From a bacterium (GTDB lineage Bacteria > Patescibacteriota > Minisyncoccia > Phycocordibacterales > UBA918): a stretch of DNA of 64,000 bases. Under the pieces are notes generated by a model. The model searched no databases. It saw nothing but the letters and a program-made list of their open reading frames with translations, and was not told the DNA's origin. This document shows positions 9,601-21,800 of the stretch, one piece after another. Each line of letters begins with the position of its first letter. Within the stretch, counting starts at the first letter, position 1. The translations under genes and the position numbers were made by a program. The stretch is from contig JAYSUD010000001.1 of assembly GCA_043719295.1 (NCBI GenBank), positions 28,943-92,942 of the forward strand, in the 5' to 3' direction.

Positions 9601-9722
9601 AATGAATTAAATCACTTCATTTGCTTTGTCAGCCTACGAAAAAAGACACTCGCTGGGTATTCACCCCACTCGTGTCTTTTTTCTTGTCTTTCGCGCATCT
9701 AAAGCAATTTACTTCATTTTAA
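9597..9722 (+). repeat. Family A-like nested-hairpin element (divergent)
   Basis: Outer IR TTAAAATGAA/TTCATTTTAA; TGCTTTGTC...TTCGCGCA core as at 61941; inner stem GAAAAAAGACAC/GTGTCTTTTTTC. Confidence 0.65.
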
Positions 9723-9761
9723 TTATTTATAAAAAATTTTAGAAATATCTCGATGCGTAAC

Positions 9762-9805
9762 TGTGCATAAATAACTTCAGTATAAGTAGATAGACACGAT
9801 ATAAT
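9762..9805 (+). promoter_or_regulatory. DnaA-box-like 9-mer plus -10 element
   Basis: TGTGCATAA at 9762-9770, TATAAT at 9800-9805 (29-nt gap), ATG 6 nt later. Confidence 0.5.
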
Positions 9806-9811
9806 TCTTGT

Positions 9812-10276
9812 ATGTCCTTTCTACAAAGACTTAAAGGTCGGGGTGTACGAAGTGGAGAAAAACTACTTTCTTCTGATGAAGCTACTTCGCTTGATAAAAT
9901 TGTGCAACTTGATGTTGACGTGTTTCAAACTGACAACATGATTGTTGTTTATGCACATGCGGCGGGTGCTGATATGTCTGACATTCAAGTTTCCATTGAA
10001 GGAGACGCTGACATTGTACTTATTGAAGGGCGACGACTTCGTCCTGAACATATTGCATTTCCAAAGAAGAAACCTGATGGTGCATTTTTTACTGAAGAAT
10101 GTATCTGGGGCGATTTTTATCGAAGAATTATTTTGCCTGAAAGTGTTGATATCGAAAACGCTGATGCAAAAATTAAAAATGGTGTTCTCATTTTAGTATT
10201 GCCACTTTTGAAAGCTGAAGAAAAAGAAAAAGTAAAACTGAAGATAACTAAAGCAAAGTCAGCACAACGTATGTAA
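9812..10276 (+). CDS. Hsp20/alpha-crystallin small heat shock protein
   Basis: LDVDVFQT, ECIWGDFYRRIILP, A.IKNGVL.L.LP. Confidence 0.9.
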   Translation: MSFLQRLKGRGVRSGEKLLSSDEATSLDKIVQLDVDVFQTDNMIVVYAHAAGADMSDIQVSIEGDADIVLIEGRRLRPEHIAFPKKKPDGAFFTEECIWGDFYRRIILPESVDIENADAKIKNGVLILVLPLLKAEEKEKVKLKITKAKSAQRM

Positions 10277-10300
10277 TAATACATAGTGTACTCACATCGT

Positions 10301-11851
10301 ATGAATGTTCTTTCTCACACACTCTCTTTCAAAAATTCGCTAATCAAATTAGGTATTGCTGTTTTAGCAGTTTCTATAACTTATTTCTTGTGGGGTATTT
10401 CAAATGCGTATGCAGCTGACTTGGTTGTCTCTCCTTCATCTGGATCATATGCATCGGGACAAACGTTTACCGTAACTATTCAAGCAGATCCAAAAGGTGA
10501 TAGTGTCAATGCGGTTGAAGCTGGACTAACGTTTGATAAAACAAAGCTTTCTGTAGTGAGTGTTTCAAAAACAGGATCTGCGTTTTCACTGTGGACCACT
10601 GAACCAGTTTTTTCAAATACTGCAGGAACTATTACCTTTGGTGGAGGGAGTCCAACTCCGTTTACTGCTAAGTCCACACTTATGAGTGTGACGTTTAGAA
10701 CGCTAACTGAAGGTGCGGGTAGTGTTTCTTTTGGAACTGCGTCAGTTTTGGCTGCAGACGGTAGAGGAACTGATGTGCTTAAAGCAAAAGTTGGAGGAAA
10801 TTACACCGTTACTGCTACAACAGCGCCTGCACCAACGCCAACACCGACCCCAGAGACACCTAAAAAACCTGAAGAAGCACCTAAAACAGAAGATTCAAAT
10901 GCAGCACTTGCGTTTGGAGATCCGCCACGTGCACCTGAAGTCGGATCTGTAACGTTTCTTGATCCTGAGATTTGGTATAACAAAAAAGATGGAGCTTTTA
11001 CCTGGGAGCTTCCGTTTGACGTAAATGCATTACGGGCTGAAATTGCAACCTCAGCATCAAATGTACCAACAACCGTCATAGATCCGCCAAACGAAGAATT
11101 TGTTTTAAATAAAGAAAATATTGTTGACGGTATACAGTACTTGAGTATTCAGTACAAGAACCAAGTTGGTTGGGGTGCTGTTTTAAATCGTAAGATACAA
11201 ATAGATACAACTGCACCAGAGCCATTTGCAATAACTGTGCGAGCTGGAACAACTCCTTCTTCATTCCCACTATTGGTTTTCGATGCAAAAGACGTAACCT
11301 CAGGTATCGAAAAATATGAACTTACTATTGCTTCAAGCGAGCCGGTTATTGTAACTCCTGAAGAAGCACGTTTAGGTTATTTAATTAAAGATCTTGAAGA
11401 CGGTACCTATACAGTCAAAATTGTTGCGTTCGACAAAGCAGGAAACAAAATGGAAAGTAGTGTTCCAATTTTAATTACTGCAGGTTGGATAAAGCCACTT
11501 GATACACTTGAGGAAGTTTCGTTTTGGTCATTCTTAACAGGAACAACTATCTTTGTAACACTTCTTATACTCGCACTCTTGATGCAATTCGCATACTTGG
11601 TATACGAACGAAAGCAATACCGAAAGAAGGAAGAGAAGTTACGAAAAGAGACTCGAGAAATTCAAGATCAAATGGAAAAAATCTTCTCTGCATTACGTGA
11701 TGAGATTTACGATCAAATTAATAATATTTCAAAGCGGCCACGACTATCAGTTAAAGAAAAAGAAGCTGTTGAAGGTCTAAACCAAGCACTTGAAGTATCA
11801 GAGACGCTTATTGAGAAAGAGATTAATGACGTCAAGAAGATACTTAAGTAA
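10301..11851 (+). CDS. Membrane-anchored cohesin-domain protein with cytoplasmic coiled coil
   Basis: Signal peptide; cohesin-like SPSSG...GQTFTV...NAVEA.L.FD...SLW..EP...ITF.GG...VLAADG.GT; Pro-Thr linker; Ig-like domains; TM; coiled-coil tail. Confidence 0.8.
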   Translation: MNVLSHTLSFKNSLIKLGIAVLAVSITYFLWGISNAYAADLVVSPSSGSYASGQTFTVTIQADPKGDSVNAVEAGLTFDKTKLSVVSVSKTGSAFSLWTTEPVFSNTAGTITFGGGSPTPFTAKSTLMSVTFRTLTEGAGSVSFGTASVLAADGRGTDVLKAKVGGNYTVTATTAPAPTPTPTPETPKKPEEAPKTEDSNAALAFGDPPRAPEVGSVTFLDPEIWYNKKDGAFTWELPFDVNALRAEIATSASNVPTTVIDPPNEEFVLNKENIVDGIQYLSIQYKNQVGWGAVLNRKIQIDTTAPEPFAITVRAGTTPSSFPLLVFDAKDVTSGIEKYELTIASSEPVIVTPEEARLGYLIKDLEDGTYTVKIVAFDKAGNKMESSVPILITAGWIKPLDTLEEVSFWSFLTGTTIFVTLLILALLMQFAYLVYERKQYRKKEEKLRKETREIQDQMEKIFSALRDEIYDQINNISKRPRLSVKEKEAVEGLNQALEVSETLIEKEINDVKKILK

Positions 11852-11852
11852 A

Positions 11853-12742
11853 AATGAGCTACAGAGCGTAGCGACAATAGCGAATTTTGTTCCCAGTTTC
11901 TGCTGCTGACCGAGAGAAATACTTTAAGCCTCAGCTTTGCTGTGCTTAAAGTATTTCTCAGCAGAAACTGCTGGAACTCTCCAACGCTTGGTAATCTCCG
12001 CACCTTGGTATCAAGTATATCGAATTTCCCTTCTTACAGAAGCTGTCCACTCATTGGATACTTTATTTCGTTTCACTCATAAAGTACCTCAATGAGTCTT
12101 GCAAAAGTGTCACACACTTTCTCACCCAGTTTCTGCTGCTGACTCAGAAAAATATTGTACGCCTCAGCTTTAGCTGTGCGTACAATATTTTTCAGCAGAA
12201 ACTGCTGGAACTCTCCAACAGCGACATAACTCTGCATACAGCTATCTTCAACAAAAAACTTCTGGAGCTACCACTCGAACGTAATTCATACTCTATTCTC
12301 TTGTGTGCTACTGAAATCGAGAAAGATCGAGAGTGAGCTAAGCGTTAGAGACGTCCAGCAGTTTCCGCCGATCATAGTTTAGAACACGGCTAGCGCCGAG
12401 TTTCTAAACTATTCTCTAGGGCAAGGCGGAAACTGGGACGCACCGTACTCTGGAGTAGAAGTTTGCTATTGTCGTTTGCATACTACTGAAATCGAGAAAG
12501 ATCGAGAGTGAGCTTAGCGTTGGAGACGTCCAGCGATTTTTGCTGAACAATACTGTCTGCACAGCTAACGCTGAGGCAGACAGTATTGTTCTGGGTCAGT
12601 AGCAAAAATCGGGACGGAAGTTCGTCATTGTCGCTACAGACAGTGGAGTTAACTTAAGGTTCGAGACGTCGATACCAAGCCCAGGAAAGGGCAAGGTACT
12701 GACGGAAATTCGCCATTGTCGTCTGCGACTCTGTGGCTCATT
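11853..12742. repeat. Family B composite hairpin array (2 forward, 2 reverse and 1 mini unit) with inverted termini
   Basis: Starts AATGAGCTACAGAGCGTAGCGACAATAGCGAATT and ends with a near reverse complement. Units read CCCAGTTTC.GC...variable stem-CCTC(A/G)GC.loop.GC(T/C)GTG-stem...GC.GAAACTGCTGGA...CTCCAAC. Confidence 0.88.
12031..12125 (+). mobile_element. Family C short hairpin element nested in a family B unit
   Basis: TTCTTACAGAAGCTGT...TCTTGCAAAAGTGTCACACACTTTCTCAC interrupts the B motif GAATTTCC..CCCAGTTTC. Confidence 0.7.
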
Positions 12743-12838
12743 CCTCTCCACAGTTATAAAGCGCCAAATAAGGGTTTGACGCGTTATAATTATTGAGAAT
12801 ACACAGTAATAAATACTGTGTAGGTTGTATGTAACTGG

Positions 12839-15800
12839 ATGAGGTTTTTCTCAAAAAAAAGAGGTGAGAATACTATAATATCCATATTTAAAGCGCTATA
12901 TTTTACAGTGTGTGCTTTTGTTGCATCCTTCTCTACAAAACTAGTACCAAGAAGAATATTTGTCACATACAACTCAATATTGAGGAGATTAAAAATGTCG
13001 ATTATCACTGCCTTGATACTTGTTGGTATTGGTGGTGTGGGTGTGCACTATACATTTTCAAATATCTATGCAAGTGATCATAAGGGTAGTATTAAAAGCA
13101 CACTTTTGGTGTATCCTTCCACTGTATTAGATTCAACATGGGGTGGAGTTACCGATGCGCTCACTTCAGACTTGGATGAAGAATCGATGTATCAAGATTT
13201 TTCTGCACGTAATTCAGCGTATATACTTTTGACTTCAGATGATTCTACTCAACCATCAAATGCAAATACACAATCGCAAAATCAAGTTGTCCCACAACCT
13301 GACGAAAAAACAGATGATGCACCTTTAATTCCTTCAGATGAAACTCAATCATCAGTACTTGAATCTGATGTTGTACCAGATGCTCCTGCTCTAGAAACTG
13401 AAACTGAAAGTGTGAGTGAACCAGTGACTTTAAAAAAGGCTACTGCTTCAGTTTTTACATTCCTTGAAACAGTAACTCGATTATTTCCTTTCGCACAAGA
13501 GACGGTACAAGAACCAGTAAGTGAACAAGAATCAGATTCTGAAGCATCGCTTGAGAATATACCCCAAGCTGAAGTTGTTGAAACTCTGAAGCCAACAGTT
13601 GTTGAAGTTCAAACTGTAGAGGAGCTGCCAGTACCTCTAGAAAATTCAACTGTTTCGACAACATCTCCATCAATAACTCTGCCAATGCTAGCGCCAGTTA
13701 CAAATGAAACGAAAGAAGTAAATGTACAACAGCAAAATTCAGTGCAACACTCGATCACTCTTTCTGATTTTAGTATTCCCGATTTAAAAACAGGTGAATT
13801 TATTACCAACGTTCAGTTGCGTATGTCACTTGGAGCTAAGTACAAAGATCAAGATAGTGAGGTCAAACCAGAAATATCAATTAGTTACAAAACACCATCA
13901 TCGACAAGTGATGTGGGTACCATTATTCTTGAAGATGAAGTTTCAAATGCACTCAATGGTGGATACTTTTTGTTTGCTCTTCCTGAAATTCTCACAGCTT
14001 CAGAGTTACGTGATATACACATTACCGTAACTTACAAAGGTGACATAAAAAAACTTGACGGAGTATTTCTTGATGCAGTATGGCTTGAGATAGATGTTGA
14101 GAGCATTGATAAAGAGGCTCTTGAAGAACAGGTATTAATTGATACACAAATAAAACAGGATGAACCTTTGCTCCACACAATGATTAGCGAACAGGTGGAT
14201 TTTACACGAAGCGAACTTCCAAAATTCAGTCTTAAGTACAATGCACAACGTAATATTGCTGTTCGGTTTTTCCGAGATTTATTTGGTCGTGATTTAGCAA
14301 CTATTGAAGATGTCTCATTTGTACACAGCGATGCTGGTGATATTGGCGCTACTCCTAAAATTGATATGACAAGTGAAGGCTTGCTCACTATTCAGTTTGA
14401 GGAAAATGACATGCGTCGCTTGAAGCCTGGGGAATACACAGTTGAACTTGAGGTAAACGAAGGGGGGGTATCATACACCGACTCATTCTCTTTCCAGTGG
14501 GGACTTTTGTCTTTGAACTCTAACAAGAGTGTCTATACACCAAATGAAACTGCAACAATATCCTTGGGTTCTTTGTCACTTAATGGAAACACTGTATGTG
14601 ATGCAAATTTGCGGTTGTATATTATTGATGGAGCTAATGGTGTTTCAAAATCTGAGGTTACTCCTTCTGGTTTGTGTAACGGAAATAATGTTATTGATAT
14701 TGCAGACTACAGTGCCACATTTATACCAACAACAGTTGGTATACATGAAATGTATCTTGAGCGAATTGATGTTGACGGTACCATTATGTCCCACACTTCC
14801 GATACCTTTGATGTTCGAGAAGTAGTACCACTATCAATAGAGAGAAATGGACCAAGTAGAATCTATCCGAGAGCAACCTATCCGATGGAGCTTATTGTAG
14901 ATGGAAAGTCACCATGGGTAGGAACACTTGTTGAAGTTGTTCCTTCTGATTTTGTAATTTCAGAAACTGATGCGATCGTTACCAAGAGAGGTGATTTCCA
15001 AGAACTTACATGGGATATCAGTGTTGATGTAGATGCGCCACAGACAGTCTCATATACATTTGATGCTCCAGATATTTCACCATTTTTGTATACGGTAGGA
15101 AAAGCAAAACTGGTGGGTATACAACCCGAACCTCAGGTTATTGATGATGCTCAAGTGGAGGTATTGGTACCAAGTGAAGTAGAGCCACTTTCTCCTGTTA
15201 CTGTCCCCGATGATACAGTAATTGATGTCATTGATGCTACAGATACTCCTATTGCTGTAGAGCCCATAGAATCAGTCCCCGAAACAATAGCTACTTCAAG
15301 CACAGAAAGTTCTCTTGAAGAAAAAGACATGCAACCTGTTGAAGAGGAAAAAACGTTGTTAGAAAAAATAATTGATTTTATTCCGTTTATTGGAAACGAT
15401 GAAACGCCCGCATCATCTGAGGTTGTTGAACCCGTATCGGAACTGCAAGTATCTACACCAGAACTTCAAGAGCCTACACCTATGGATCAGGTTGTTGCAT
15501 CAGAAATCGATGCGCTAACTCCTTCATCAGCAGTAGAAACAGAAGTCATAGCTTCTTCAACAATCTTAATGAGTGAAGCTGTTACTGTAGAAGCAATGGG
15601 GGGTGAGACAGTTTTTGAAGAGCATCGTCAATGGCAAATTGCGTCTGATGCAACGGGAAGTATGATTGCCTATTGGACTTCAGGTGCCTCCGTGCCATCA
15701 GGATGGACTTGCTTGTCATGTGGCTCTGGAACTTTTTACCAAAAGTTTGTACGTGGTGGAGCAACTTATAATCAAACAGGAGGCGCTGCTACGCATACGC

Positions 15801-18800
15801 ACAACGCAAGTGGTACCGTCAATGCTTCAGCTGTAGCTAACTCAGAAAACAGAGCAGGTGTTAACGTCGCACTTAATTCTCACTCACACACATACACACC
15901 GACAATTACTGCGTCTACAACATTACCTGCGTACAGAAATTTACGAGTAATTCAAAACAATAGTGCAGGGGAACCTGCAACAGTTCCGGCTGGAGTAGTG
16001 ATGCTGTTTGACGGTACCTTGCCTTCAGGTTGGGTACAATACGCAGCACTTACCAATCGCTATCCACGGGGAGAAAATACTATTGCAAGTTTAGGTACCT
16101 CAACGCACCGCCATACTATCTCCGGTTCAACCCTTGCAGCTTCAGGATCTACTGTTGACGGAAGAGCGGGAGGAACACAGGTTAGCGCATCAGCTAATAC
16201 TCATACGCATACCGTTAGTTCAAATACTGGTTTTGTTAATCATGAACCACCATACGTAAGTGTTATTTTTGCCACTTCAACAACCGCAACTAACACACCA
16301 ACGGGAGCTGTTACTATGTGGACTGATACACCGCCTGCACAATGGCAAAACGCTTCTGCGCAAGCAAGCGATCCATTTTTTGATAAGTTTATTAAGGGTT
16401 CAGCAACCTATGGAACAACTGGAGGAACTGAAACCCATACACACAGTAGTGTTAACGGTATAACAAGTAGTGCTGCAGTTGGAACACAAAATGCACGTAC
16501 GGGGGCAACAGGTGCAAACACTACGCACACTCATGCTGTTGATGTAAGTAGTTTTACAACAACAAATCATTTGCCACCATATATAACTGCAATTTTTGGT
16601 CGAAAGTATGGACCTGTACCCCTCTACACACAAAGTGGTTTTAAGTTTTATGTAAACACCAATGCATCAACACCAACTGACGCGTGGCCAGTTGGAGGGG
16701 ACGCACTATTGGAAAATGAGCCAATTGATGCTGCAAGTGTACCGGTTAAAAACGCTGACGTCGTACGTATCCGAACACAGCTTTCCGTTTCTAACTCTAC
16801 TTCTACAGCAGAATCTTTTAAGTTACAGTTTGCTTCAACAACAGCTTTGTGTACTGACGCTACAACATGGACTGATGTTGGAAATGCGACATCTTCAGCA
16901 CTATGGCGTGGGTACAACAATGCGGGAGTAAGTGATGGAGCGACGCTGTCATCTTCAACAATTTCGGGTACCGATGTATATGGTACCTATGAAGAAATAA
17001 ACCCTACGGTAACGATGCCAAATACTGTTGGTATTGCACGTCAAGGTGAGTGGGACTTTGTGGTGCAGCAAAATGCTGCACTTGAAGGAACTACGTATTG
17101 TTTCAGAATGGTTAAGAGCAACGGCACACCTCTATTTGCGTATGCGCAGTATCCAAGTGTTGTAACAAATGAGGCACCTAATGCACCTTCATTATCAAAA
17201 CTTTTTGACAACGAAAAAACAGCTACAACAACTCCTGATTTTGAGTTTTCGGCTTCTGATAATGAGTCAAATGATTTAACGTATCAAATTCAAATTGATG
17301 ATGACGCGTTGTTTGGATCGGTAACCGTTGATAGAAACAGTGTTACAAACTCTGCGCAATTTGAAAACCTCGCAACTCCAGCAGATAAAGATCCATTTAC
17401 ACAAGGTGAGCTAATTCGTTTTAATAACACCACAGGACTGACTAACGGCACAACCTACTATTGGCGTGTTCGTGCGAGCGACCCAACGGGTTCAAATACA
17501 CAAGGAAGTTGGTCGACGGTTCGAAGCTTCACTGTTGACACAGCACTAACTTTTTCTACGTGGTTTCAAACAACTGATGAGCAGTTTGATACCAACACAC
17601 TTAATGGTGTTGATGGAGTAACTGATCAAGCGCAACTGCGAGTTGGTTCGACCACGGGAACTATGTACAGTGATCCAGTTACTTTTAGTGAGGGACTTGT
17701 TGGTACTGCATGGGGCTCGTTTGCATTTAATGATACTGAAACAAGTAGCGATTTGAAATACACTATTCAATACAATAATGGCGGGACATGGACTGATATT
17801 CCTGATTCCGTTCTTTCTGGAAACGTTGCAGGTTTTGATACTTCACCAGTGTCGCTTCTTGGAGTTAATAAAACAGTGTATAGCGAGTTGCGTATTGAAG
17901 CGAATTTTGTAAACTCTGGTGCCTCACCGTCTTTACAGAACTGGTCTGTTACCTGGGCATACTTAATTGAAACACCAACAATCAATGCTCCTTTTGGTAA
18001 TGAAAAGGTAGCAACTACAACACCCACCTTTGAGTTCACTACAACTGATCCACAAAACGATAGTTTGCAATATCAAATACAATGGTCAACAACCTACGCG
18101 TTTACTGCTTCAACAACACGCAACTCAAATGTGAATGCTGGTTTTTCAAACGCGACAAACGGTGGGGATACTGACCCGTTTAATTCAGGTGATACTATTC
18201 GCTTTAAAATACAGGCGGGCGATGCATTAACAAATGGCACAACCTACTGGTGGCGTGTACGTGCACGTGACCCGTTAGGAAGTAATACCTATTCGTTCTT
18301 TGCTGACCCGAGGAGTCTTACTGTCGATACTACGGTAACAGTTTCAACATGGTTTCAAACTACACGATCACAATTTGGAAATAACACACTTTCAAATACG
18401 TATGCGCGGGGGACAGATGTGATTACTGTTGCAACAACTACACAGACGTCCCTTATTGCCTACGCAGAAGGAACAGTAACAACTCCACGCTATCGAACGT
18501 GGGATGGTTCAGTGTGGTCAATTGAAAGCTCAGCGCTTGATGTTGGTGCAACCATAAACTGGACGGTAACTAAAGCATCACCTACAGAAAGTGAATACAT
18601 TCTTGCAACCATGGGTACTGATGCAGATGTGAACGTACAAGTATTTAAAAATGGTGCATGGGGAAATTTACAAGAAGTAACTGCGTCGATTTCAAATACT
18701 ACTATGCGTGGATTTGATGTGGGATATGAGCAGTCTTCAGGAGATGCAATGGTCGTAACCTGTGATGGGGATGCAAATCCGACCTATTGGATGTGGAATG

Positions 18801-21800
18801 GAAGTGCCTGGTCGAATGAGGGTGCCATTGGTTTGTCAGCTGGAAATACCTGTGGTTGGATTAAACTTATTTCTGATCCAACGTCAGATGAAATTATTGC
18901 GATAACTCGTGATACCACAGGAACAGGATACGAATCACGGGTATGGAGCGGTACCGCGTGGGGTAACTCTGCAACATGGGGTTCAATGAGTCAAACAAAC
19001 CATGAAGGTATTGCTGCGGCGTACGAAGATAGTGGAGGTCAAGCAGTTGTCGCTGTTTCAAACGGAACAGGTTCAAGTTTCTCTTGGAGAGCATGGACGG
19101 GAGCAAGTTGGGGAGCTGCAGCTGCAGCAGTTACTATTGGCGATGACTTTGAATCAGGCTCTATGGTACAAGACGATGGTACTGATAATCTTGGGCTTTG
19201 TTATATTGATGAAGATGGAGACATAGGAGTGATGCGTTGGACAGGTGCCGCGTGGAATACCTTTGTTGCAGCAAGTGACGAGATAGAAACAACGTGGACT
19301 ACTGCAAGTGGTTTGTATAATGATCAACCAATTGATTGTGCGTATGAAGTTGGAGGTGTGCGTGACGGATACCTAACTGCCGTATATAGTGATCGTACCA
19401 ATACACGCTATCGGTCATTTACTGGCACATTACCATGGGTTGCTGAAGCTTCAGTATCGACCCTTGGAGTTGGTCCACGAGTGCAGTTGCGTCGCACGGG
19501 AGCAAATCGTGTGCAAGCAATGTTGTATGCAACAAGTACCGACAGCTATAACTATGCTGATTGGAATGGAACTACGTGGTCTTCACCATTACAGACACTC
19601 GAAAATAATGGATCTGTTGGAGCAACTCCATTTAAGGTTCCATTCATGATTGATCCTTCAAATCCTTCAATTGCAGGAACGGTAGTAGGAACACCTATTG
19701 CAAGTTTCTATGAAGGTTCAGGGCCCTACTGGCAACAGATGTCATGGGCAGACACTACAACCGGTGGCTCTGATATTTTGTATCAAGTTGAATACTACGA
19801 CGGTGATTCGTGGGAACTCATCCCTAATGGCCTTATTCCAGGGAATTCAACGGGAACAACAACAAGTCCTATAAACCTCACCAATGTTTTACCTGCAGCA
19901 ACGTACGACGAAATTCGCCCTGTAGCTAACATGACGTGTAACGTCGGTACCTGCCCGTCGCTCTCTGACTGGACAATTACTTGGGCTGCTGGAATTACTA
20001 TTTCAGGTACAGCTGACGCGTATGATCAGACAACTGATGTGACTTCAGGTACGGTTGCAGTTGCTCTTAATGGTACGGTCCAGATAGGGAAAACTGGTAC
20101 CATCTCGGGAGGTACATGGTCAATTGCAAACGTGAATGCAGCACCAGGCGACGTCGTATCAGTATTTGTTACGGGGGCTGCGACAACTTCTGAAGCGGTA
20201 GTAGTTACAAAATACGACGGGGTTGGAAACATGAGTGGTTTGAATTTGTATCAACGGCACCTCACGATTGGTTCCGATGATTTGGCAACTATTACTAACG
20301 CAAATCTTGGACTCTATGACTTTACTAATACTGAAGATGTCTTCTATGATGTCAATGTCGGTAATGATCTTTCAATTTGTACAACACTAACTGGATGTAC
20401 TGATGCGGAGGTATTCATAAAAGCACGAAATATCTATCAACCGGGAAGTGGTGGTGATGTAGCAACACACGATTTAGAAAATAATGGGACATTGCGGTTA
20501 AACGGTAATACTATGCGTCTTACTGGTTCATGGGACAATAATGCAACAAGTACGCTTGCAACTTCAACGGTTTGGTTTACTGCAACGGGGACAAGTGAGA
20601 CACTTGACGAGACAGGAGCTATAAGTCCTTCATTCAATACACTCACCATTGGTTTTTCAACAAGTACTGCAACATGGACACTTGGAAGTGCGCTCGATGT
20701 TAACGGGAATCTCAACGTAAACGGAGGGACGTTCGCTCGAAATACCCGCGCAATTACACTTGCGGGGAATCTTGTCAGTGCTCTTAATGGTGTATGGACT
20801 GGTGTTGGTACTACAACATTTGATGGTTCAACAGCTTCAAACTGGACCGATGCAAGTGTTGCGTTACAAAATATTGGACGAGTGGTTATTGATGGTACTA
20901 CAAAAACAGTAACCCTTGGGGACGATGCTAAAGCACAATCAATTACTATCGGAAGTGATGACACGTTTGATGCGTCTTCTTCACACTTTGATGTAACGGT
21001 GTTTCGAAATTGGATAAACAATAATACCTTTAATGCCCGGAACGGTACGGTCTTTTTTGGAGCTACAACAACCGGTAGAATCATTACCGCAGGTGGAGAC
21101 AATTTTTATGACATGACGTTTAATGGAGTTGGAGGCTCATGGTCATTTACTGAAAATACACTTGGAGTTACTAATGACTTTGGGATTACTGCAGCTGGAA
21201 CAGTCACGTTACCTACTGCAACAACAACTATTGCGGGATCTTTTACAAACTCAGGCGGTACGTTTGTGCATAATAACGGTCAGCTCTATTTTACTGCGGT
21301 AAGTGCAAAGACACTTACACTTGGAGGAACAGCTTTTACCAATGCATTTTATAATGCGCGCTTTACAGGAAGTGGTAGTTGGTCATTTACCGAAAGCAAC
21401 GCAACCACATCAAATCTCTTTAGAATTACACAAGGAAACGTGACTCTCCCAAGTGGTACGTTGACTGTTGGAGATACCTTTACTAACTCCGCGGGTACCT
21501 TCACGCACAACAGCGGGACCGTGAAGTTCATAAGTGCTGCAACGGAAGTTATTGATACTAATTCATCTTTCAATAGCTTGCGCTTTACTGGAAGTGGCAG
21601 TTTCTCGTTTTTGGATGCGAACGTTACACAACTTGGAAGTCTGACGGTAACGGGAGGTACGGTGACACTACCAAGTGGTACTTTAACCCTCGGAGGATCT
21701 ATAACTAACAGCGCAACACTAACGCATAATAACGGTACGGTGTTGCTTAACTCAACTGATACTGGAGAGACAATCAATCTTGGCAATTCGTCACTGTACA

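Noticed and set aside
11853-12742. CRISPR array or guide-RNA (TIGR-like) array interpretation of family B
   Set aside because: Units are long, occur in both orientations and have irregular period. The variable parts pair with themselves rather than being free spacers, and no cas or Nop-domain gene is in the window.
15655-16610. Prophage or tailocin
   Set aside because: Tail-collar-like motifs are internal to a signal-bearing cellular protein; no capsid, terminase, sheath, baseplate or integrase genes.
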